Positions 57,197-64,000 of a DNA stretch of 64,000 nucleotides are shown here, one piece after another. This DNA is from a virus. Taxonomy: Duplodnaviria; Caudoviricetes. The translations under genes and the position numbers were made by a program. Numbering within the stretch: the first letter of the stretch is position 1; every line of letters begins with the position of its first letter. Under the pieces are notes generated by a model, which was not told the origin of the DNA, did not search any database, and saw only the letters and a list, made by a program, of their open reading frames with translations. The stretch is taken from positions 104,877 through 168,876 of the IMG/VR virus record IMGVR_UViG_2595698755_000001; one strand, 5' to 3'.

Positions 57197-58045
57197 CTAT
57201 TCCATGTCGTAAGCTAATCGACCTAATTGATACATTGACAATGCGTTAACCATTTGTGGATTATCCATTACACTTGCTTTTGGAAAGTATCTTCTTATAT
57301 TATCAACTAATTCACCATCCATCGCTCCACCACCTAAAAGGAAGACTTTATCATTCTCCTTCCAGATTGCAGATAATTTACCACAAATATAATCCGCTAA
57401 TGATTCTTGGTCATAGTCATCACCTAATGCTTCCAATCCTTTATCCTTAATCGTGCCACTCTCTGTATCAATAAATCTATTTATTCCATCTTCTAAAATA
57501 GTTGTTGCGTATCCAATTGTCCGACTACCTAAATCAATGAATCTAGTTCTTCCTTGTGGCTCATCTAACCAATAAGCAACTGCTGTCTCTGGTGCAACTT
57601 TTACATCCATTATAGTGAAGGTTTTTTTATAACCATTAACTGTAATCGTGTGCTCACCAGTTAGTCGATGCATTCTTTCTGATTTCTCTGAATCTGTATG
57701 AGTGCTGATTGGTACAGATGTGATTAGATAGTTTACTGGATACCCATATTTGTGAATCGCAACTAATACTGATAAGTCGAAGAAGATGTGACACTTTGTA
57801 TTAATATGCATTTGTAATGGATATTTACAGTCGTACTTTGCAAGTGTTCCCATTACATACTTCTTATCTTTATACTCTACAATGAAGTCATGCTTCCCTG
57901 TTGTGTTGACTAAAGTTCTGTCACCGTATAAACCTTTAACACTTGGAAACTTCTCTTGAATGTGTTTCGTTACAATACAAGTGCTACTTCCACCATCATC
58001 AATCGCAATAATTCCACTTTGTATCATATTTAAAACCCCTTTCAA
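57197..58045 (-). CDS. parM: ParM/StbA-like actin ATPase
   Basis: IAIDDGGSST (phosphate 1), APETAVA, IDLGSRT (phosphate 2), LLGGGA (adenosine), PQMVNA. Confidence 0.85.
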   Translation of the reverse strand: MKGVLNMIQSGIIAIDDGGSSTCIVTKHIQEKFPSVKGLYGDRTLVNTTGKHDFIVEYKDKKYVMGTLAKYDCKYPLQMHINTKCHIFFDLSVLVAIHKYGYPVNYLITSVPISTHTDSEKSERMHRLTGEHTITVNGYKKTFTIMDVKVAPETAVAYWLDEPQGRTRFIDLGSRTIGYATTILEDGINRFIDTESGTIKDKGLEALGDDYDQESLADYICGKLSAIWKENDKVFLLGGGAMDGELVDNIRRYFPKASVMDNPQMVNALSMYQLGRLAYDME

Positions 58046-58122
58046 ATTTGTTTGTGCTTTTGCCTATACTTCACAATATGTTTAAAAGATGTTTTTGATA
58101 CTAAAAATTTTAAAAACTTTTA

Positions 58123-58225
58123 TTGACAAGCATTAATATTAATGATATACTATTGAAGTAGCGCAGAAAAATGTTGTTTGTATACAGCATATTTCCTTGA
58201 CAAGAACAAAAAATAATGATATAAT
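58123..58225 (+). promoter_or_regulatory. Two tandem sigma-A promoters for the early operon
   Basis: TTGACA-17-TATACT (58123-58151) and TTGACA-17-TATAAT (58197-58225). Confidence 0.75.
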
Positions 58226-58260
58226 AATAGTATGTTGATGAAACGAAGGGAGAGGATAAC

Positions 58261-60579
58261 ATGGAGAAAATTGAAATTAAAGTAATTCCTACTAAACAAT
58301 TGTTTTTTGATTCAGAATCATCATTCGGTATCTACGCATGTGAAGTAAATCCAGAACATATCAATAAGGTTGTAGTTAATAATTATGGTAACATCAGTTT
58401 TAAAGGTATCGCACCTAATCTAGATTTGGGAACGGAATATACAGCAATGGTTACACCAGATGAGAAATCTACATATCGAGGGTCTTACATCCTTGAAAGT
58501 ATTAAACAAGAACGTCCAACAACTGTAGCAGAACAAAAGAATTTCTTTAAAATGATTCTCACAGAAACACAAGTTGAAAACATCTTTGCAGTGTACGAAG
58601 GGCAAGATGTCATCGACATGATTCAAAATGATACATTCGATTATAGTAAAGTTAAAGGTCTTGGTGACAAGACTTATGATAAGATGAAAGAAAAAGTTTT
58701 AATGAATTTAGATATGAGTGAATTATTAGTATTCTTAGGTAAACATGGAATCAAGTACAACATGGTTTCTAAACTGTTAAAAGAATATAAGAATCCGCAA
58801 ATCGTTATGGAAAAGATTGAAGAAAATCCTTATGTACTATCTAAAGTGAAAGGTATCGGATTCAAAACATGTGATGCTATCGCTAAAGCAATGGGATACG
58901 ATATGAAATCTAAACATCGTATTCGTGCTTGCATCCTATTTGTAATCAATCAAGAGAACACAAATGGTCATTCTTGGATTGAACGCAAACAACTTTTAAA
59001 CAAGGCAATCGAACTTTTAAACATCAATAAAAGTTATATTGAAGATGTGTTAGATACGGGCTTTAAACACATTGTCAACATTGATTCACGATATGCTACT
59101 CGTAAAGTGTATGAAGCAGAAGCATTCGTCGCAATGAAAATGAGCCAATTCAAAACTCAATCTACAAAATTGTTTGAGACAAAGTTTCTTGATGAATTTT
59201 TAGATGACTATTGTAATAGAAATAGTGTTGAGTTAGAAGAAAACCAGAGACAGTTTTTCCATGATTGGAACGAAAACAACCTCTTACTATTAATTGGCGG
59301 AGGGGGCATGGGAAAAAGCTGGCTTCAACGAATCTTACTTGAACTCATTGACACCAAGTATTTAAAGACTGCACTACTTGCTCCAACAGGCAAGGCATCA
59401 AAAGTAATGACGGGATATACTGGCAAAGAAGCTAGTACCATCCATAGAAAGATTGGGTCATTCGATGAGGACAGAGAAGCAAACCTTACAATTGAAGAAG
59501 ATGTTATCATTGTCGATGAGTCTTCAATGTGTGATATTTCTATCCTATCTAAACTTTTCGGTGCAATCACAAATTACAACACTAGAATCCTATTTGTTGG
59601 AGATGATTTCCAGTTACCATCTGTAGGTGTGGGAAACTTCCTCTATGATGCTATCAATAGTGGTTGTGTAAAAGTGTCCCGTCTGAAAAAGGTATTCCGT
59701 CAAAAAGATGGTGGTATCCTAGATATCTCAACAGATGTACGTCATGGCAAGAAGAATTTTGATAATAGTCTGGAAGGACGTAAAGTATTCGGCAAGGATT
59801 GCGTATTCCATTTAGTAGACCAAGAGTATGTATTCGATGGTATTGTACATCACTACTCAAATGTTATCAAACGTTTTGACCCAGAAGAAGTTGTAATCCT
59901 GTCTCCAACTAAAAAGGGTAGACTAGGAACAATGAGAATTAACCGAGCAGTACAAGAAATTATCAACCCTGCTTCTCCTACAAAAAAAGAACATGAGTTT
60001 GGTAGTGAGGACAATAAGACTATCTTCCGAGTTGGCGATTCAGTTATGAACACTGTTAACATGTATAACATGACAACAGTTAACAGTCTCTTTGGAACTC
60101 TGGATGATATGTTTGAAGATGAGGGTGGAGGAACAGCAGATGTGTTTAATGGTGATACAGGTAAAATCGTTGCCATTAATGAAGAAGATAAAACTGTCAT
60201 TGTTGACTTTGAAGGTGTCGTAATTCGATTCAAGTTTGAAGATGCTAAGTCAACATTAATCCATTCGTGGGCTATGACAATCCATAAATCACAGGGGTCA
60301 CAGTACAAAGTAGTAATCGTTGTCCTTGACAAATCTATGAAATACCAATTAAATGCAAACTTAATCTATACTGGCTTATCTCGTGCTAAGAGTTTCTTGT
60401 TAGTGTTAGGTCAAGCAGAAGCATTTAATCATGGTGTTGGTAAATTTGCAAACATGGAACGTAGAAGTTTCCTCCAAGAGATGCTACATACATATGATGG
60501 TAATCCAAATGCAGGTGAATTACTTGAAGAGTTTAAAGAGAGTTATAACAAGAAATATGAAGGAGAAGATTTATTTTAA
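58261..60579 (+). CDS. recD2: RecD2-like SF1B helicase
   Basis: HhH motifs (VKGLGDKT, VKGIGFK), GGGGMGKS Walker A, LAPTGKA, STIHR, IVDESSM, GDDFQLPSVG, VFRQ, TIHKSQGS, YTGLSRA. Confidence 0.92.
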   Translation: MEKIEIKVIPTKQLFFDSESSFGIYACEVNPEHINKVVVNNYGNISFKGIAPNLDLGTEYTAMVTPDEKSTYRGSYILESIKQERPTTVAEQKNFFKMILTETQVENIFAVYEGQDVIDMIQNDTFDYSKVKGLGDKTYDKMKEKVLMNLDMSELLVFLGKHGIKYNMVSKLLKEYKNPQIVMEKIEENPYVLSKVKGIGFKTCDAIAKAMGYDMKSKHRIRACILFVINQENTNGHSWIERKQLLNKAIELLNINKSYIEDVLDTGFKHIVNIDSRYATRKVYEAEAFVAMKMSQFKTQSTKLFETKFLDEFLDDYCNRNSVELEENQRQFFHDWNENNLLLLIGGGGMGKSWLQRILLELIDTKYLKTALLAPTGKASKVMTGYTGKEASTIHRKIGSFDEDREANLTIEEDVIIVDESSMCDISILSKLFGAITNYNTRILFVGDDFQLPSVGVGNFLYDAINSGCVKVSRLKKVFRQKDGGILDISTDVRHGKKNFDNSLEGRKVFGKDCVFHLVDQEYVFDGIVHHYSNVIKRFDPEEVVILSPTKKGRLGTMRINRAVQEIINPASPTKKEHEFGSEDNKTIFRVGDSVMNTVNMYNMTTVNSLFGTLDDMFEDEGGGTADVFNGDTGKIVAINEEDKTVIVDFEGVVIRFKFEDAKSTLIHSWAMTIHKSQGSQYKVVIVVLDKSMKYQLNANLIYTGLSRAKSFLLVLGQAEAFNHGVGKFANMERRSFLQEMLHTYDGNPNAGELLEEFKESYNKKYEGEDLF

Positions 60580-60617
60580 ATCTTCTCTATAAACTATAAA
60601 TAATGTAACAGATATGC

Positions 60618-60646
60618 TTGACAGACATAAAAAATAATGGTATAAT
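60618..60646 (+). promoter_or_regulatory. Sigma-A consensus promoter
   Basis: TTGACA-17-TATAAT with TG extension. Confidence 0.75.
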
Positions 60647-60695
60647 AGTATTATAAGTTAGCAAGACCAAATAAACTAAAAGCGAGGATGATAAT

Positions 60696-61529
60696 ATGTC
60701 GAACTTATTCGAATCATTAGTATTTGATACACACAATAAAAAATTAGGTGGCATCGTAGAAGTTAGTTTCCTAAAGAATACATACACACTAGAAACAGAA
60801 CAAGATGGTAAAGTTGTTAATATTACAACAAAGATTGAGGATGCAATTATACTAAGTGAACTAGGTCATATGGGTGGAGAAGTTGTTTTCGAAGGTGATG
60901 TCTTCGTTTCAAATTCAACTGACTCTGTAAAATACGAGATTGAGAAATTAGAAGATGGTACGTTAGTATTACATAAACTGAATAAACGATTAGAACGAGA
61001 GAAACATGGTGAACCTTTTACACCAGAAAAGTTAACTGAGTTTGCACCGTATCTAGAATTATTCGGCAACATCTATGTATTAAAAGAACAACGTCCACAA
61101 GTGGATTTCAATATCCGAGTGGTACGACAAGTCATCAATGGAGAAGTTGCATATGCGTATGCTTGTAACAACAAACTAGAAGAATCAGTTGACTTAATCG
61201 CTGTAGTATTCGTTGGGCATCAATTGTTAGAAGAAGAAGATTATACTCGTATTACATTACCATACGAAGGCTACCTTGAGTCTATCGAACGTGGTGTAAT
61301 CAAAGAAGTTAATCCTCAAGAACTAGCAAACTACGTTACTGGCAAAGCAATGGGACGTAATCCAGAAATCAGTGTTGATGGTTTAATCATGGACAACGAA
61401 GGTTTACATATCCAAGAGGACGGAAAGAAAATTACTATTACAGCAAGTGAAACAGATAAAGTAGCGATTGACAAATGTAAATGCGGTGAAGACGTAAAAA
61501 TCTGTGACTGCAACCTATGGAAGTATTAA
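60696..61529 (+). CDS. Hypothetical protein with YopX-like N-terminal domain
   Basis: GEVVFEGDV and ELFGNIY motifs recall YopX; C-terminal CKC...CDC. Confidence 0.55.
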   Translation: MSNLFESLVFDTHNKKLGGIVEVSFLKNTYTLETEQDGKVVNITTKIEDAIILSELGHMGGEVVFEGDVFVSNSTDSVKYEIEKLEDGTLVLHKLNKRLEREKHGEPFTPEKLTEFAPYLELFGNIYVLKEQRPQVDFNIRVVRQVINGEVAYAYACNNKLEESVDLIAVVFVGHQLLEEEDYTRITLPYEGYLESIERGVIKEVNPQELANYVTGKAMGRNPEISVDGLIMDNEGLHIQEDGKKITITASETDKVAIDKCKCGEDVKICDCNLWKY

Positions 61530-61578
61530 TACATAAAACGGGGCGACCTAGCCCCTTAAACTTTTAAACTAATAAAAC

Positions 61579-61863
61579 TTGGAGGTTGATATTATGAAGT
61601 GGTTAGATAAATTGTTAAATAAGAAAGCACCAGTGGATTTAGACCGAGATGGACAAATTGAAACTATCGGGCAAGAGGTTGATGGATTAGTAGAAGGATT
61701 TAAACGTGTGTTTGATGGTATTGCAAGTAAGACGGATAAGTTACATGAAATCGTGAATGAAGCAGAAGAAGTTATTATCAAAGCAGAATCAGACATCGAA
61801 AAAGCAAAAGAACAAATCGAGAAGAACTTACGCATCAAGAAAAAGTTAGAGGATTTATTTTAG
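61579..61863 (+). CDS. Coiled-coil hypothetical protein (start likely ATG 61594)
   Basis: GGAGG RBS before MKWLDK; heptad pattern. Confidence 0.6.
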   Translation: MEVDIMKWLDKLLNKKAPVDLDRDGQIETIGQEVDGLVEGFKRVFDGIASKTDKLHEIVNEAEEVIIKAESDIEKAKEQIEKNLRIKKKLEDLF

Positions 61864-61892
61864 AAGGTAGGGGCTTATCCCCTGCCTTATTT

Positions 61893-62288
61893 GTGAATAA
61901 AGGAGAGATTCATATGAATTTAGAATTAAATGATTTCCAAACAAAATTGTTAAAAGAAAGTGTTAAACATGTTGAGTATTTAAAATTAGGTCAAAAGACG
62001 ACTGTTGCATTCGTTACTGCTGTTAATGGATTTGAAATTACTGGTACTTCTGGATGTGTTAACCCTACAGACTTCAACTTTGAAATTGGTAAACACTTTG
62101 CATTAGTTGATGCATTGAATCAGTTAGAGAAATTCCAAGGTTATTATAATCAACAAATGAATCATATGCTTGAAGCAATCACTCAACATGGATTCAAAAT
62201 TCCAGTCTTAGATGAAGAAGATAAAAAGAATGTCGCAAAAGAAATCTTAAAAGAGGTTAAAAAAGAAAATAGGAAGAAGGGATTCTAA
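61893..62288 (+). CDS. Phage Gp49/Gp66-family protein (start likely ATG 61914)
   Basis: TTVAFVTAVNGFEITGTSGCVNPTDFNFEIGK..A...A...L..FQGY motif. Confidence 0.7.
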   Translation: MNKGEIHMNLELNDFQTKLLKESVKHVEYLKLGQKTTVAFVTAVNGFEITGTSGCVNPTDFNFEIGKHFALVDALNQLEKFQGYYNQQMNHMLEAITQHGFKIPVLDEEDKKNVAKEILKEVKKENRKKGF

Positions 62289-62491
62289 TGTCATTCATAT
62301 TGTGGACTTTAGGATTGTACGTTACTTATGGTCTAGGAATGTACGCTTATGCTGTACTGAAAGCACATGAATGGACTGACCTTTGGGACTTTAGTATTAA
62401 GGATGGTTATATTGCAGGTTGGATTGAATACCCTAAATGGACACTATTCTGGTTAGAAGGATTAGTAAAATTATTTAAATCCAAGGAGTGA
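62288..62491 (+). CDS. Small membrane protein
   Basis: Coupled ORF with hydrophobic segments. Confidence 0.55.
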   Translation: MSFILWTLGLYVTYGLGMYAYAVLKAHEWTDLWDFSIKDGYIAGWIEYPKWTLFWLEGLVKLFKSKE

Positions 62492-62709
62492 TGTTTATGT
62501 TGAACGATATGATGAGAGTATTAATTGAAAGAAATTTTTCAGTACATATATATTCAAGTCTTGGTTATGGTGAGCAAAATGGAAGACTGTCAGTTATAAT
62601 AACTCATATGATTAAAGATAAATCAGCAATCGGATATGATGACTGTCCAGAGAAAGCATTGGCAAAAGCGATGCTGAATTATATAGAAGGTCATGGAAGG
62701 ATTGAGTAA
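62488..62709 (+). CDS. Hypothetical protein
   Basis: Coupled ORF with AAGGAG RBS. Confidence 0.55.
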   Translation: MMFMLNDMMRVLIERNFSVHIYSSLGYGEQNGRLSVIITHMIKDKSAIGYDDCPEKALAKAMLNYIEGHGRIE

Positions 62710-62905
62710 TATGACTAGAAAAACACTTCGTTTAGATATGATGTGTGATAAGTGCTTTAAACCTTTCAATACAAAAGAAGGAGAACATGGTGCAATACCT
62801 GTTGTAGATGATGTAGGTAACCAGAAAATGTTTAAAGGTCATATAATCTGTATGCAGTATTTAGCAAAAGAATTATCGGATATTTATAATGGAGATGATG
62901 AATAA
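62693..62905 (+). CDS. Hypothetical protein (CxxC...HxxC)
   Basis: Coupled ORF; possible Zn-binding motif. Confidence 0.55.
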   Translation: MEGLSNMTRKTLRLDMMCDKCFKPFNTKEGEHGAIPVVDDVGNQKMFKGHIICMQYLAKELSDIYNGDDE

Positions 62906-63156
62906 TGGAAGAATTTACTATTAAAGATGTCAAGTATAAAGAAGAATGTTGGTGTGAGCATTGTGGTGATTTAGAACCATTTACTGCTACATATGGTGAT
63001 GGTTGTGACTATTGTGTTGATTGTGGTCGTATGGGTGATTTAGCAATTAGTGATGAAGATTATGAAAAGATTGCAATCGAAGAAGCAAGACATAAAATCC
63101 AATACTTCGAGAAACGAGTAGAATCGTTACATAAATTTTTGATTACAAAGGAGTAG
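62905..63156 (+). CDS. Zn-ribbon hypothetical protein
   Basis: CEHC and CVDC motifs; TAATG coupling. Confidence 0.6.
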   Translation: MEEFTIKDVKYKEECWCEHCGDLEPFTATYGDGCDYCVDCGRMGDLAISDEDYEKIAIEEARHKIQYFEKRVESLHKFLITKE

Positions 63157-63160
63157 GAAA

Positions 63161-63358
63161 ATGAAAAAGATTAAAGTAATACAAATTGATAATTCTCGCT
63201 TCTATTATGAAATGGTTGAAGGTGGAGTTAAAACGACTAATCATATCAAGAATGCTACAGATGTATCAGAACTGAATTATCAAGTAATAAGTTGGATTAT
63301 GAAAGGCTTAAAAGATAAAGGTCATAAGGTTAAAGTCATGGATTACATAAAGAAATAA
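63161..63358 (+). CDS. Hypothetical protein, 65 aa
   Basis: AAGGAG RBS; last gene before a terminator. Confidence 0.55.
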   Translation: MKKIKVIQIDNSRFYYEMVEGGVKTTNHIKNATDVSELNYQVISWIMKGLKDKGHKVKVMDYIKK

Positions 63359-63380
63359 TCATACGGAATATTCGTACTGT

Positions 63381-63409
63381 AAAACACTCTTTGTTAAGGG
63401 TGTTTTTTT
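63381..63409 (+). terminator. Rho-independent terminator
   Basis: AAAACACTCTT/AAGGGTGTTTT stem plus T tract. Confidence 0.8.
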
Positions 63410-64000
63410 GTGTATTTACATATATATTAAAAGATAGCCCCATCTCTATATACCATAGAACCTCGTATATAAACGTTACTTTTCAATTGTTGAAAGTACA
63501 CCCCCTCCCTTTATCGTACTAAAATGAGGTGCGATTTATTCCCTTTATTAAGGATACTTTAACGTGTGAAAAATACTGTGTAAATAGACGTATTTTTGTG
63601 TTATATTCAAGAATGTAAATGTTATGATTTTCTTGGACGATTTTCACACGAAATGAGTAATTTCCGAACAATTGCACGTGCACGTTGGAAAATAATTTGA
63701 GTAGCTGTTAAGGAGTGCTATAAGGATTTTGATGAAGTTCGTCAAGTGTTTTGGTGAAAAGTACCCCCATAAGATTAATTATGTGATACTTAGAAACATT
63801 TAGGTATGTCATGTAGTTGGGCAGTTCATTTTCGTACTGTTTTTATATCGTTCCCCGAATACGAACATTTGCATGATTATTTTATATTAACGTTCGTCCC
63901 ACATTTCCTATTCAATATCCGTTTTTTGCGATTCCCTTTTTTGCATTCCCATGCGAACATATGCACGTAACATATCCTATAGTGAGCGCGGGAATTGCTG

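Noticed and set aside
58166-58195. TACAGCA upstream of recD2 as a seventh RNA module
   Set aside because: It lacks the GACAC/GTGTC terminal helix and coincides with the promoter-upstream box.

Overview
AT-rich segment of a large, probably temperate Bacillus (cereus-group-like) siphovirus genome; a resemblance to SPbeta/Tsamsa-type phages is inferred from gene order and family motifs, not from a search. The minus strand from 1 to 41.6 kb carries the lysis, tail, head and packaging modules. From 41.7 to 47.3 kb lies an RNA module: a DUF2828 (Ro60/TROVE-like, vWA) gene, 21 tRNA genes and a PIN-PhoH gene. From 48 to 58 kb are a Rep-like gene with an origin-like AT-rich region, a second tyrosine recombinase, a Replic_Relax/ATPase/M23/membrane cluster and a ParM-ParR-like pair, which together suggest a plasmid-like prophage. 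From 58 kb the plus strand carries a RecD2-like helicase and small early genes. The most striking unexplained signal is six minus-strand non-coding elements next to the DUF2828 gene and among the tRNAs. All share one module: a 7-bp terminal helix WAGRCWC/GWGYCTW followed by an unpaired ACAGC-NAWT(A) motif, closing different cargo domains. One cargo is a circularly permuted tRNA mimic (T-arm, closed acceptor stem, D-arm) with the YrlA Y-RNA architecture but without the canonical Ro60-binding sequence. This suggests an uncharacterised DUF2828 plus Y-like RNA ribonucleoprotein system. All calls were made by eye; no database searches or folding computations were run.
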